Assembly: GCA_951406725.2 (NCBI GenBank)
Contig: OX597831.1
Coordinates: 62,186,001 to 62,250,000, forward strand
DNA length: 64,000 bases
Source of the DNA: Octopus vulgaris
Taxonomy: Eukaryota
Direction of reading: 5' to 3'
Shown: one piece after another, positions 43,136-57,844 of the stretch
Numbering within the stretch: the stretch's first letter is position 1
Layout of the letters: each line of letters opens with the position of its first letter
The notes under the pieces: model-generated
The model's input: the letters and a program-made list of their open reading frames with translations, nothing else
Told to the model about the DNA's origin: nothing
The model's database searches: none
Program-made: the position numbers and the translations under genes

Positions 43136-43138
<3 letters not shown>
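42358..43138 (+). mobile_element. Partial tandem plus inverted element with intact hammerhead, family F10
   Basis: Inverted arms 42358-42529 / 42604-42775; direct repeat 42526-42710 / 42955-43138 (period 429); no ORF. Confidence 0.88.
42872..42944 (+). ncRNA. Canonical minimal type I hammerhead ribozyme
   Basis: ATGCAG-CTGATGA-GGAT(..TCAAATATAC..GTATTTTGA..)ATCC-GAAA-CCG-GTA-CTGCAT: 6-bp stem I, intact core, stem II GGAT/ATCC, ACCGGT palindrome, GUA cleavage triplet at 42936-42938. Confidence 0.88.
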
Positions 43139-43168
<30 letters not shown>

Positions 43169-44403
43169 ATGTATGTACGTATATATGTGTTTATATGTTT
43201 GTGTGTCTGTGATTGTCCCCCTAACATCGCTTAACAACCGATGTTGGTGTGTTTACGTCCCCGTAACTTAGGGGTTCGGCAAAAGAGAGCGATAGAATAA
43301 GTACTAGGCTTACAAAGAATGAGTCCTGGGGTCGATTTGCTCGACTAAAGGCGGTGCTCCAGCATGGCCACCATCAAATTAATAAAAGGAGTAAAATAGT
43401 AAAAGAGTAAAGACTCCATTCACAGACCAATATTTTAACTCTACTAATGGAGAAAATACTAAGGAACTTAGAGTCCTTCATAACTGCATACTAATCGTTA
43501 ACTCATTAGTCCTCAGTGACCGAAGCTGCCATCTTTTGCGAATATTCAAGTTGAGTGTTTCCTCTCCAAGCAGATTACGAGTTGCCATGAAAGACGTCTG
43601 GATTTTTCAACAACTCGTAACAGATCTGCTGTTAATGATGTATATAAACCATTCAAAAACCTTAACCGTGGTCTTATTGAAAGCTAATGGTTTCGTAAAT
43701 GAATGTGGGTGGAAACCTCATTCATCTATTTTATACATACTTTTATGCACCCAGCTACTAATGTAGTCGTTAACTGTAATGATATAACACCGGTAATAAA
43801 ATACTATAAATTTTGATTCTCAAAACAAAAATTTTGAAAAAAGTAGAGAAAGGACGGAACACCCACGTTATTCATAGCCTTCGGGAATTTTACTACTTAG
43901 TAAATTTAAAGTAATTAGCTGAACATAATATTAGCAATATATCTTCTATCAAAACAACTAAATGGCATTTTATGTATGATTTTCGATTAGTTATTTATGT
44001 TTCATTCATTTGCTTTTTATTTAAGAAATAAAAATGCATTTTGAATTATAGTTTCTCATGCAATTATGTTATTAATGTAAGGTTGTTATATACTGCAAGT
44101 AAAACTTGATTCTAAGGACAAGATTTAATGTGTAATGCTAACTAAATCTGTACAGTTTCTCTACACGATCGCAAATGTCAATTCACTTTTACAAGCGTTG
44201 TAAAATATCGACCACGGCATTTCAGAGACCCTTATAGATGTATTACTAAGTATGCTACTAATATTACGTTATACAGTTTCCTCATCTTATAGAGACTTTG
44301 GCAAAATGCATTCACACTGATTTAAAATGGCTTTTAGAACACATTATTTTAAGAAGAAACGGGAATTTGCGCATAAATCTCCTAACATTAATTATAAAAT
44401 AAT

Positions 44404-44501
44404 GCGGCGAGCTGGCAGGAACGTTAGCACGCCGGGCGAAACGAGTAGCCGTATTTCATCTCCCTTTACGTTCCGAGTTCAAATTCCGCCAAGGTCGACT
44501 T
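44404..44501 (+). mobile_element. SINE family C, 5' part
   Basis: GCGGCGAGCTGGCAG..GTTAGCACGCCGGGCGAAA..GAGTTCAAATTCCGCC. Confidence 0.8.
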
Positions 44502-44809
44502 AAAAAGGCATGCGCATTACACACACAGATACACGTTTGTTTTATATATAAATATATATTATTTCATTCGTTTATTAGATACATTTAGTTTTTGGTCATA
44601 ATCTCAACAAAGTTACTTAGCTGTATATCATTCTCAGAGAATATTCGCTTAAACACATAAGGATGTACGTGCGTGTTGCTTGTGAGTTGAGACAACACAC
44701 CCAGGCACACACGTACATACGTTTGTATGTGTGTATATACAAGATTTATCTATATATGTGTGTATGTTTTTGTGCGTGCGCGCGCGCGTGTGTATACAAT
44801 ATTTAAATA

Positions 44810-45608
44810 TACTGAACTACAAAAGAAACGTCCCACTGCAAAAGATTATTTGTTTCAGACACGATACTAAGATTATATGGATTTTATCACATTTCTAGGT
44901 CACTGACCCACAACACCACACTCTTTTGAAAACACAAGGATTGCATGTAGGGTTCGAACTTGCTCAATTTTCGTAAACATGGTAATGCTCGCGAACGGCA
45001 TCTTTATGAAAAGCATGAGGCACGTGCAAAACGTTGATTTTGGGGGTATAAAAGGCAACCAAATTTTCCAGTCTGCCTTTCGCTTCCCGAACGCAACAAG
45101 AATGGTAAGACTGACACGAAATCAGTGCCTATTGTGGCAGGTTAACAACACACTTCCTCCAACAGCACAACATCCAGACACTGACATGGCTTCCCCTAAG
45201 TCAGGAGATGAACCCCATAGAGCACCTGTAGGACGAAATCCAAAGCAGGCTAAATGGAATCCGTACAAGGCCGACAGCTGCGGCACAACTCACTGCAAGT
45301 TTTAACAGAGTATGGGCTGCTATCCCCATAGCTTTTATCTATCGTTTGGTGCATTCAATGTCCAGAAGATACCAGGCGGTAATCAATGCTAACGGTGGTC
45401 ACAAGAAATGTTGACTTCATCTCTTTCTATCCAGGAGATTCCGTCATCACATGACACCTTGTGACGTGAAACATGTTTCAGGAAATTACGTTTTATCATT
45501 AGGAAAGAACGTTTTCTTAATTAGCACTCTTCAATCAATGCTATGACAGTTTGTTAATGAACCGGTTTCTATTTAGTATGTGTGCAACGTTTCTTTTATT
45601 GTTCAGTT
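44810..45608 (+). mobile_element. Internally deleted Tc1-like DNA transposon
   Basis: TIRs TACTGAACTACAAAAGAAACGT / ACGTTTCTTTTATTGTTCAGT; peptides MNPIEHL and SMSRRYQAVINANGGH. Confidence 0.8.
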
Positions 45609-45954
45609 TATATGTAATATATAATATGTATGTATTTTCCACGTCACATTGGGTGGTTTTTATTGAGAAGAAATAAATTGCAATTTACGTACAAAATTAG
45701 TACGAATTTGAAATAGAAATAATCGGATCTGTTTTAGGAACAAGACAAACAGTTTTGAGGAAAGTAGGTTACGTGATACTATCAAACCCCATGACTTTTA
45801 TTTTGAACCATCAATCCCTGTGTAATGAACAGCAAACTTGACCTCGGCAAGATTTGGACTCAGAATAAAAAAAATATACAGAACAAGTGCTACATATTTT
45901 TTCATTGCTCACACATTGTCGATTAAATTTCAGTGATTAAAAAAAATACACAGT

Positions 45955-46490
45955 GGCGCTCCGTTGGATGCAACAGTGTGGACACCAGTTCATTTGCTCA
46001 AGAAAAGAGCGTGCTCGTGAAATTAACGTGCATATAGATGAGTACTCTCCAGACACTCCTGTCCTAACGTAATTCTCAGTAAGATTCAGCGTGATACAAT
46101 ATATAACAAGGCTGTCCCTTTGAAATACAGGTACTACTAATTTTTGCCAGCTGAACGGATTGGAGCAATGTGAACTAAAGTGTTTTGCTCAAGGTATCGA
46201 ACAGAATATCTTGAATCGACTATTATAACCACTTAGTCACGAGCCTTGATTATCTTCAGTAATAAGAAATTATGATTTCAAATTTTGTTACAAGGCCAGT
46301 AAATTCAAAGAAGCATGGTATGTAGTTTACATCAATACTGGGGTTCAATTGATACTTATTTTATCGACCCCGAAACGATATAAGGCAAGTCGGCATCGGC
46401 TGAATTTCAACCCAGAGCGTAAGGACGGACGAAAAGGCTTCTAGTATTTTGCTCGTCGTGCTAACGATTCTGCCATCTCACCACATTAAA
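45955..46490 (-). mobile_element. Degenerate SINE A and SINE C copies
   Basis: GCTCGTGAAATTAACGTG..CTTTGAAATACAGGTAC (A) and TTTATCGACCCCG..GTGCTAACGATTCTGCCA (C). Confidence 0.65.
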
Positions 46491-47371
46491 TAAGAAATTA
46501 ATAAATAAAAGTAATTTAAAAAAATAAAAGTTTTCTCAGAAATGGAGAACTATCACCGTTTCCTGACACAAAATATTTTTCCTGCCTTATAATTAAGCAC
46601 AACGGACAATTAGTACTGGGGCTTTATACATAATTAATAACGTTCCTTGATTCAAAGATGTATTGATCTCTAAAATTTCATCATTTCGGCAATTTGACAC
46701 GCATTAAAATCTTAGTTCCACACTCCAGCTATCCACCACCGGAACGATTAAAGATAACTCATGTGGCCTATCAAGTGCGTAGCCATTCCTGCGAAAATCG
46801 ATGAAATACGTGTTGCCATCAAGTGCTGTTTTACTAATTAATAAAAATCTATTATTATTTACACTTGTCTTCCCTTTGCTCAAATAGTTTACTTAAAGCT
46901 CCCAAATAGCTCTCGCTCTCTCTCTCTATGAATCTCAACCTATATACATATATATATATGTGTGTGTGTTTTTGTGTGTGCAGGTATACATACATGTATG
47001 CATAAATATACATACTTGTATGCATAAATATATATGCATGTGTGCATGTGTGTGTATGTACGTATGTATATATATGTATTTATATATATATATGTGTGTG
47101 TGTGCGAGCGAGCATGTGTGTGTGTGTGACATGACGTGAGTATAGGTGTGAATTATCTAATTGTATAAAATTCCTAAAAGAATACACTAAAAGTGAAGTG
47201 TGTAAGGATTCAATATATGACAGTAAAATATATAAAGTAAACTGATATAGTTGGAGGCCATAACTTCAGCATAAAATTAATTCTAGCATTCAACAAATTC
47301 ATACACAAACTAGCAAGTCTTACTTCGATGACTATAAAGCATTCAATAAAAACACACATACATACAAGCAT

Positions 47372-47501
47372 GCAGGCGTGGCTGAATGGCAAGATATTTA
47401 CTTCCCAAGTCTCAGCGTTGCCGAGTGTCTTCAACTATAGATGTGAGCCGATGAAAAACCTTTTGGCTGAATTTCCTACATGGAAACTGAAAGAAGCCCG
47501 T

Positions 47502-47563
<62 letters not shown>

Positions 47564-47762
47564 TGTGTGTGTGTGTGTAGCTTTCATTTTGTCCCGATCA
47601 TCGTTTCAGAACAGGTGTTAGTGTGTTTACATTTACGTAACTTAGCAGATCGGCAATAAGAGTGTGACAGAATAAATACCACGATTACGATAAGTATTGG
47701 GTTCGGAACGTCAAAGTGGTGCCCCGACGTCGCTGTTCTCTCATGATTGAAAAAATTAAAGA
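47372..47762 (+). mobile_element. Degenerate SINE family B
   Basis: GGAAACTGAAAGAAGCCCG, internal (TA)n, CGTAACTTAGC. Confidence 0.6.
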
Positions 47763-47787
47763 ATTAAATAACGTATACACACACACA

Positions 47788-48125
<338 letters not shown>

Positions 48126-48379
48126 TCGTCGGCTGCAGCTCGTATCCGAGCATTCGTCAATTTCTGTCACGTCTCCTCGGCTGATGTTTGTGCTGAAATT
48201 GACTTTGGGGTCCAAGTCGGTAGTGAATGAGTCGTGGGCAGATCTCGCACCAGATGGTGGGTGCAGGTCGGGGATGTTGAAGACGCTCCTTTCTTCTGCG
48301 TTTTGCATCCTCATTCTGTTATCTGTACTGGTCGAAGCAGCTGACTCCATTGCGGATAGCAGCCCTCCAGGCTGTCCTA

Positions 48380-49722
48380 TCAATGCCAATCTCTTCTTAT
48401 GAGGATGGCTGGATGGTAGCCTGAGCCATGGTCCGTTGAAGCTGGTCTTTAAAACGGAATTTGGGACCTCCTCTGGGTCTTGTTCCGATTGCAAGTTCCC
48501 CGTAGATCATGATTCTTGTGAGACAAGAGGGCTCTATACGCTGGTTCTGATCTTCCCAGCGGTGATGATGGCGAAGAATGACAGTGAGGCACGGCGAAGT
48601 GATTAGTAATGAAACACGGCGAAGAACCTCATTGTTGGTACTGTGATCCTCCCATTGTATGTTGATGATCTGTCGTAGCTTTGATCGCTGGAAGCTTGAA
48701 GTCACGATGGTACAGCGTCTAAGTCTCACAAGCGTAGAGCAGAGTTGATAGGACTATAGGACGGAAGACTATGATCTTTGTCCGGAAGGTCAACGCCTGA
48801 TTGAACAATATACAATAGCTGAGTCTTCCAAAGGCGCAGTAGGCCGCCCAAATCCGGTTCTCCACATCCTTTTCACGTTGGTGTCTTCGAAAGGGTACTT
48901 CCAAGGTATGTGAAGTGCGAGATTGAACAGTCCACCATTCAAGTGATAGCGCATGTTGATGGAATGTGAGTCTAGTGTGATTTCATTGAACATGGCGGCT
49001 ATGTACAAAGAGAAACAGGTTGGTTCCAGGTCACATCTTTGCTTAAGACCCCCAGTGATGGGAAACTGGTTTTCGAGGGCATTTTGATGGCATACCCTAC
49101 CCACCATGCCGTCGTAGAAGGAGAGAACCAGAGCAATGAAGTCTTCCGGACAACCAAACCGGCAAGGAAGGCCTATATTGCAGGACGGGCGACCGCGTCA
49201 AAAACTTTCTTTAGATCCCAGATGAACATTGCAGGCTGTTGTTGTTCCTGACTCTTCTCCTGAAGTTGAAGGGTACAAAAGATCATGTCAATTGCGTAGA
49301 GAAGGGCGAAAGCCACACTGGGACTCAGGATGGACGTCTTCGCGAGGATGAGGCGATTGAGTAGGATACGGGCGAAGATCTTACTTGCAATACTCAAGAG
49401 TTAGATGCCCGGATAATTGTTGCAATCAAACTTCTCGGTCTCCTTTCTTGTGATGATAGTTGCATGGCGGAAGTCGTTCGTGGGGTTCTTGCTTTCCTAG
49501 ATCTTGAGGATAAGGAGCATCATATGATTTCTCAGCTCCGGACCTCCGGGTGCATAAAACTCAAACGGGATGTTGTCTGGTCCTGAAGCTTCCTCCGGCT
49601 TCATGCGCGCAAGTGCGTTGTTGAACTCCTGGCGTGAAGTCAGCAGGGACATCCAATGACGGAACGGTAGCTGTGGAGTGTTTTGGAGGACATCGTCAGG
49701 ATCGTGTGAGTGGTCGTTGGAC
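48380..49722 (-). mobile_element. RTE-clade LINE RT region, decayed
   Basis: ASGPDNIP, KIFARILLNRL, AIDMIFCTLQLQEKS, DLKKVFDAV, GLKQRCDL.P..FSLY, LSTLLYACET, IMIYGELAIGTRPRG. Confidence 0.9.
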
Positions 49723-50456
49723 ATAGATTTTAACAAAATCTTTTATGGGCCTTACTAGGACCGCATGGACCCCGCTCTAACTAGAAACTAAAACCAAGTT
49801 CATTTGTCCTATTACTGTTTTCCGTCGTTTATATAATATGTACGTCCATGTGTCTATGTTTGTGTGTATGATTATGTGGATGAAATTAAACCAAGGAATT
49901 TATTATTTTAATTATACCCATCTTACTTCATACAGAAATGGTTGTTCTTGTTGCTGTTAAACCCTGAGTGGCCAGCCTTGACCAAGAGGAAATATACTTA
50001 AAAGCATTCCAGCCAAATTTATTCCGCTGTTCTCCCCACTACACTATTCAGTGAATCGATTGCATGCTTCTAGCATGTCAATCGACGAAGCTTGTATTTG
50101 TCAATTTCAGCTTCCTCTTCATGGTTTCATAGTAACTGATATTGCCGGCAATATCAATGAAAAATCATTCCTATAAACAATGCTGGATGTACTCAATTTA
50201 GATGGAATTAAGTAAACCTGAATATTTGTGAAACTGGTGAAGGCATTTATTGACAGTCCATAGTAAGAGATAATTGAACTGAACCGCTTTGTATGACCCT
50301 AACGCAAGAGAGATACGATATATAATTAACGCAGTCAAAACTATGATTGTTAGCGATACGTAAGCCAGACTACTCGTATCAAGAAAGTGTGCAAGGTGAG
50401 GTATCTGTCAAAATTCCATATTATAAAATGCGTATTTCATATAGAATGAATGATTA

Positions 50457-52502
50457 CACTGGCCAAGAAGTATTTTTCATCACGCATGTCAAGGTGTACT
50501 TAGTGTAGTTTTTAATGCTGATTTCAAATATACAATTAGTTTTTTTTTTTTTTACTTCGCATACAGTTTTCAAGATGAGAAAGTTTTTTTGTTTTTAGCT
50601 CATGCATTATATAGTAATTCTAATTAATGACGTGTATGGAAACATACCTTTAAAATTAACTATATATCTATTTCCTTACTTGTTTTACAGTGTTAACAAT
50701 GTCAAAACAGAAAAAATCGTCCTGATGTGTTTTTTTATGTCTGTAGATAATTAAATGTAAAAAAATTCAAAAACATACAATGACACAAGAGATCAAGAAG
50801 ATTTATAAGCAACACCTTGATTGTCCTCTTGGAGGTCAGGAAAAGTTATGGGCATCACATTTTCTCTGCTCAGCTGGCTCAAATGGCTTATGTAACTGGT
50901 ACACTAAGAAGAAGAGATCCATGCCTTTTGTCATTCCAGTGATATGGAGGGAGCCGAAGACCATTTTAATGACTGTAATTTTTGCAATGTAAATGTCACA
51001 GGATTTCCTATGAAGAATAAACGCAAAAGTGTGTATCCCAATTTGGATTCTGCAATGAGACCTGTGCCTCACAATGGAAGTCTGCCAATTCCGGTTCCAC
51101 CAGATGATGGTACTGAAACATTAGATCATGATGCTGACTGTCATGATAGTGCTGCTGTGGAAGATTAAATGGCTGATTACGACAGCTTCGAACCTCAGAA
51201 ATTTTCCCAAGCTGAACTGAATGACCTCATCAGAGACCTATTTCTCTCAAAAAATAAAGCAGAACTGTTGGAATCAAGACTGAAGGAGAATATCTAATAG
51301 AATACGTTGTTCGTATAACTTATTTTCGGCAGAAAATGTGGTGCTACAAACGTGCTTTTCTATTGAAGGCTCGCTTTACTTTTGCACTAACATTGATGGA
51401 CTTTGCGAATGTTTATGACAAAATCATGATCCTGCAGAGTGGCGTTTGTTTATTGACTCTTGGAAACGAAGTTTTAATCTGTAATTCTCCATAATGGTAA
51501 TTTGATGTCCTTAATTCCTATTGCACACTCCGTGAATCATATGAGAATATGGAACTTTTACTTCATGATATTGCCTATGAAAGATATTCATTGGAATATC
51601 AACGGAAATGCAGTCAGATTTCACAAAATACTGTTGTTTCTTGTGTCTATGGGATAGTCGGGCAACTGAGAGACATTATTCGGAATCAAACTGCCAAACG
51701 AGAACATCATACCAGCAAAGAGTGTCTAGCGTCAAAAATACACCTCTTGTAGATCCATGTTATATACAATTGCCTCCTTTTCAAATAAAGCATGGACTGA
51801 TGAAATATTAGGGAAGAGAAATGGCAGAGTGTTTGAGTATATTGTAGAAAAGTTTCCCAGAATCACATACGCGGAGCAGAAAGAGGTTATTTTTGTCGGA
51901 CCTCAAATTAGAGAAGTACTCAAAAATGTCAACTTCAAGACAACACTGGAACTGGCTGCCTGAAATGCTTTCAATTGGATCTGTGAGAATTTCTTCGGCA
52001 GCAAGAAGGGAATAGACTACAAAGATTGCATCGTCGCATGTCACTGAAAGTTCACTTCTTGGACTCCCAACTGGAATTCTTCGCAGGCAAACTTGGTCCG
52101 CAGGACATTTGTGCAATAAAGAAAAGGTACCAGGGCTTCTGGAATGACAATATGCTGGCTGACTTTACCATGATCAACCAGAGCAGAAACTCAGCAGGAA
52201 ATCCAAATCACAATGTTTGTAACTCTGTTGTTCTAACATTGTCTTTTTTTTGTGTATTCACTCTTTGTAAAATTATAGTGATGATTTTTAACACAATACA
52301 TTCATTTACTTTCTAAAAATAATATGCCCATATTTATTACGTTAATGATTTCATATATACAGAATATTTGCTCGTATTTACTGAAAAACTGTCACGTGCT
52401 ACATACAAATGGAGTAAAAGTTTGAAATCAGCGTGAAAAATGACTAAAGAAGTTGGTTTGCGTTCATTATGAGTATACTACATTTAATTTTGTTGACCAG
52501 TG
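50457..52502 (+). mobile_element. Chapaev3-like (CMC) DNA transposon, decayed transposase
   Basis: Termini CACTGGCCAA / TTGACCAGTG with TTA on both sides (50454-50456, 52503-52505); peptides MPFVIPVIWREP, YPNLDSAMRPVPH, FSQAELNDLIRDL, WRLFIDS, CCFLCLWDSRA, IFVGPQIR, MSLKVHFLDS. Confidence 0.8.
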
Positions 52503-53138
52503 TTATTCTACAATAGGGTATAGTAATGAGTCAATCCTGGACTAAATAAATACAACTGACCGCAGGCCTTTGCAGGGTCAGGTTAATGTGTGTGCGTGTA
52601 TGTGTGTGTGTGTGTATGTGTGCTTGCGTGTGTGTGGATGCATGTATATGCATGTATGTTGTATGCAAATCAAAGTAACATCCGTTTTTTTTCCACGATT
52701 ATTCACCATTTTATTTAGTTGACGGTTCGATAAAATTCACCAATAAACGCCTAAAACATTTGACTTCCTCTTTTCTACAGGTTATGTGGGGTTGATATCA
52801 GAGAAATGTAGGATTTATTTCATGCAATTTGTGTGAGCGTGTGGAAGTCCTTTGTCGACTAATAGTAACAAGCGACTGCAGCATCGACATGATTATTATG
52901 GTTGTATAAACAATAAACAATAAATCAGCGACGGCATTCATCATCATCGAATCGATCCTCTCCTTCCTCTCCTTCCTTTACTTCCCCTCCTTCCTTATAC
53001 ATCCGCTACCTCGACATCAATAATAAAGTAAATAAATGGCGATAGCCGAACGAACTTAACTTTCTTCAAACGAATAAAAATTGTTTTATGTTACGGAACA
53101 GCAGGTTCCGCTGTATATTCCGTTGAAATATTCCGGTG

Positions 53139-53975
53139 GACACACACATACACACACACACACATACACACACATACACACACACGCACATACATACACA
53201 CATACACACACACGCACATACATACGCACATACACACACACGCACATACATACACACACACACACGCGCACATACATACACACACACACACACGCACATA
53301 CATACACACACACACACACACACACGTACATACACAGATACACACACATACATACACACATACACACACACATACATACACACATACACACACACGCACA
53401 CACATACACACATACACACATACACGCATATACATACACACATACACACACACACACATACACACACATACACACACACATATACATACACACATACACA
53501 CACACGCACATACGTACACAGATGCACACACACGCACATACATACACACATACACACACGCACATACATACACACATACATACACACGTACACACACATT
53601 CACACGCACGCATGCTTGCACACATACATACACACACATATACACACATACATACATACACACATACACACACACGCACATACATACAGACAGACAGACA
53701 CACGCACATACATACACACATACATACACACATACACACGCATCTACACGCATGCATGCATGCACATACATACACACGCACATACATACACACATGCACA
53801 TGCACATACATACACACACACACACATGCACATGCATACACGCATACACACACACGCACATGCATACACACATAGACACACACGCACATACATACACATA
53901 AACACACACACGCAGTTGCACGTCTGCATACACACACACATACAAAACACACACACGCACGCACAGACATGCACA
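53139..53975. repeat. Long degenerate (CA)n/(CATA)n compound microsatellite
   Basis: Direct inspection. Confidence 0.95.
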
Positions 53976-54034
53976 TATGCACGCAGATAAAAATGCGCTT
54001 AGTTATATAAATATGTGTTACAAATATATAAATA

Positions 54035-54121
<87 letters not shown>

Positions 54122-55619
54122 TATATATATAAATATATAAATATATGCAGACAAAATATAAAAGGCATAAAGTAGAATAAGAGGACAGAAAGAAAGAAAA
54201 GAGCGAAAAACGGAAAAGAAGACGAAAAGGAAAGAATGAAACCTGAAAAGGGAAATGTGTCACGTGAGACAAACTATACATTGCAAAAATATTGGACGCG
54301 AAATTTATGGACGATATGGGATTGTATTATTATTCTAGATAATAGGTGTATTTCTATTTCATCGGCTAAATGAATATAGATTAACATGAAGCACGCTTTT
54401 GTGACAATGAAGTAGGTAGTCATGCTCTTAAGATCAATCGTAAAGGAAATTTTGACAACATAAGATGAAAGATATTCGCGCTAGAAATACTGCAGTTTAC
54501 TCGATGAGATTTTCAATTAATAGAATTTCAAACAATGACAGGTGAAATGGTTTCGACCTTTGATAGATTTCGTGTACTATGAGTCAGAAATACTAGAAAT
54601 TCAGTAAGATTATGAAAGAAATGCCTCATATTATTGCTTAGTTTTCAGTGACCAAGGGTTATACAAATTGTGTATGAAATTGCGCTAAAATAATTCAATA
54701 AAATGAAACTTATGATAACGAACACTTAAAATGTTATTGCGATTAAGTGCAAAATATCAGTTTCGATATGTATCGGTTATAACCAATTTAGTTCGCTAGG
54801 ACATGTATAAAAATTTTGCAATAAATGCAGAAGAAATCTTTACAAGTACCGGAGATAATCACATAAAATTGACGTATACTTCAATGTAATCTAATTGTAA
54901 ATATCGTTCCTTCTATTGGAACATAAACGACTATCAAACGCGATATGCGAGAGAGGTTTGGAACCTGCTGTTAGATTTATTGCAGGTTATATAGATAGTC
55001 ATGTTGTTACTGTTTAGCCTTAATTTAGCATTGGTCGAGGAGAGTTATGATCAATTTTCTTCCAGATTTGATCAATATAAGATTTACATATGTAAAACAG
55101 CATTATTCAACAAGTCTGTTCAATGTTATAAACCTCATATGTCAACATATTGCTTGTAACAGAAAGACTAGCAAGAATGAACAATATGGTATTGTTCTGA
55201 ATTGGAAGATTTTCTTTATAGGCTTGTTAGATGAAGATTTATTTGTGGGTAATCAGCGAAAAGACAGAAACAGCTACAAAAATAAAGGTATTTTTTTTTT
55301 GCAAATGGAATATATGATGAAGACTAATGCAACTGGTGTGAAAAAAGAAATAGATTCTATGGTATCTGAACAGAGAACATCGACGGTTTCGTAATTTAAA
55401 ACATACCAGTTTACCAGATATACTCTTATGTTGAAAGAAACATTTTGGGGAAAAGAAAAGCTAGTTTTTCTGTCGTGTCTGGGGAGAATCCTTTTCTTCT
55501 TGTGGCTTATAATGTAACACACTCAGCGGGAAAATTTCCACTTATTTCTTATTTATTTTCCTAAAATTTCCTAAAAGCTAGTTATATTTGATAAAAATAT
55601 TCATATATTGTTCTAAACA

Positions 55620-56318
55620 TGAAACGCCCATATGAAGTAAAAGTAGCCGGATTATAATAAATATTATTGAATACACATACTTATGTATATGTCTTGTATA
55701 TTTTCCGGTGGGTGCAATGGCGTAGCGGAGTATATTACTCTCATGTCACTAGTGTTAAAACAACTTAGAGTCATTGAAAGGTGAGAAAACCATTTAGGAG
55801 TGGTAGCCATCGATCTTTCGTCATATTTGTCGCTCTTAAACATCATGTACCCGCTTGTGTTGAAGCCAATGCAGCAATTTATATGCTCATCACCGGTGAT
55901 ATGAGAGTTATATACTCCGCTACACCATTGCAGCTATCGGAAAATGCACAAAGCATATACTTTAGTATTTGTATTTAATAATATGTATTACACTTGAGCT
56001 GCTTTTATTTCATATGTATATTTTCACATAAGTATGCAATTTCTGAGCATACCAGCTCATGGTTTTATAAACCATGAGCGTATAAGCCGTGAACTGGCTA
56101 GGTGATTCGCCTACAAACCCAAGCGGGTGCGTGATGTTTAAAAGACACAAAATTGTGAAATATCGATGTCTATCACTCCCAAATGCTTTTGCCTCACCTG
56201 TCCATGACTCTAAGTTGTTTTAACACCTACGACATGAGATTTATATATATTCTGCTGCGCCATTGCATTCACCGGAAAATGCACAAAGCATATACATTAG
56301 TATATGTATTTAATAATA
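55620..56318. mobile_element. Diverged inverted plus direct repeat element (same architecture as hammerhead elements)
   Basis: 55664-55857 is the reverse complement of about 56118-56318; 55900-55982 is repeated at 56233-56318; 11-bp hairpin at 56055-56079. Confidence 0.6.
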
Positions 56319-56529
56319 CTCACGATAATAAGTAAATAGAGTATTTTTAAAAAATGATTACAGCTCTCTAGATTAATGAAAAGGTCCACGATATCTTCAT
56401 TTCTTTTGTTTTCGCTTAAATATAAATTAGACAATCGATAATTTTATTCAATTTTAATGATATGAGAGAATGTCGTCCTCTGTTCTATTCATACTGATAC
56501 CGCATTGCTTGAAATAATATAATTACTAT

Positions 56530-57620
56530 ATCACCTTTTAGCTTTCTCACGAATTCCTCGCCCAAACGAATGCCGGACCAAGCGTTGATATTTTTCTTTC
56601 TTCAGTAAGGGTCGTAGTAAAACCGTCCTGCTACATCCATTTGTTCCAATCCTCTCTCATTAAAGTCTTGATGTGTCTGTTAATTGAAAAATAGGAAGGT
56701 TACACTTGACATGTTAAACAGCTGTCAGTTGTATTTTTCACTAATAAGCTTTTTTCCTTTCCTTTTATTCGTTTTATGAGCTCTCAGTTAATCCCGAGTG
56801 AAGAGAGAAGGTTCTACTAATAAGTCCCCACGAGGTTTCGACCAATTGCTTGAAATGAAAGTAATTTATCTGCCTTCAGCCACCCATCTTTTTCTAAATA
56901 CGTGAATGTGACGCTACGGAAAAATTTGGACATTATTTTCATTTAAAAATTAATATTGTTGAAAATTTCCCATCTACAGAAATTGCTAGCCTCACTGCGA
57001 TTTTTCGAATCGAGTAGTCTTCACAGAGATTGTTTTCTTATTTTTCATATAAGTTGCTCTGTTAATTGGAACATCAAATATTAACAGAGATGAATGCATG
57101 TTTACTATTTGACATAAGTCAAATGAAGCTGTTTGCTTTAACTGCATAATGAACTTGTAAAAGATTTAGATGTTCCTCTCATGTTGAGGAATTCTTCGAG
57201 CAATTTTTGCTTCGATACTTAGAACTAAAACATTGCATTTTATAAACGGATAACCCATGGTGTGTGACTCGTAAAATCTTCCAAACTATTATCACAATCA
57301 ATAATATTTGCTTCAAAAATTATGGTTGAAAAAATGGATAGTACATGCCTTTCCTGGACCACAACTATTCGAATAGTTCATGTTTGATATCTTTTCTATT
57401 TGCTCCCTCACCTAGAGGAAATGAGGTTTATCGCACTCAATTATTTTCATTTTTCATTCTTCAACGAATCAAAAACGATTCACTTAATTCTTTTATCGGA
57501 AGACCAAAATGTCTTTCAGAAGCTCTATTCCCATGTTCTTTTTTGTTTTATTTGTTTTTTTCATAATTAATCACAATTTGAATTTAGTTGGGTATGCCAG
57601 CCTCTTTTCTATAGTCATCA
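56530..57620 (-). pseudogene. pogo-type transposase remnant (Brinker-like DBD, CENP-B HTH, DDE_1)
   Basis: Minus-strand peptides RLAYPTKFKL, KEHGNRASERHFG, WVIR, LIFDVPINR..KKTISVKTTRFEK, LAISVDG. Confidence 0.65.
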
Positions 57621-57791
57621 TGAGAATGCATAAAAATAGGATTGAAATATTTTGATCCCTGTGGATGAGATAGGATACTTTAGCTTTCGGTTATGCATAC
57701 AATTTTGGTATATGCATGTACCAGAATTGATCAAACGCAATACATGTTTGAAATCTAAGGCAAGTATTCAAAAAAAATTCCCTTTATTGTG

Positions 57792-57844
<53 letters not shown>

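Larger units (their letters stand above)
42143..43410 (+). mobile_element. SINE family B split by insertion of element F10 into its internal (TA)n
   Basis: 5' half 42143-42308 and 3' half 43140-43410 are collinear with the intact copy at 30865-31286. Confidence 0.85.

Noticed and set aside
53066-54168. ORFs up to 360 aa rich in C/V/Y/M or H/T
   Set aside because: Translations of CA/CATA repeats, not proteins
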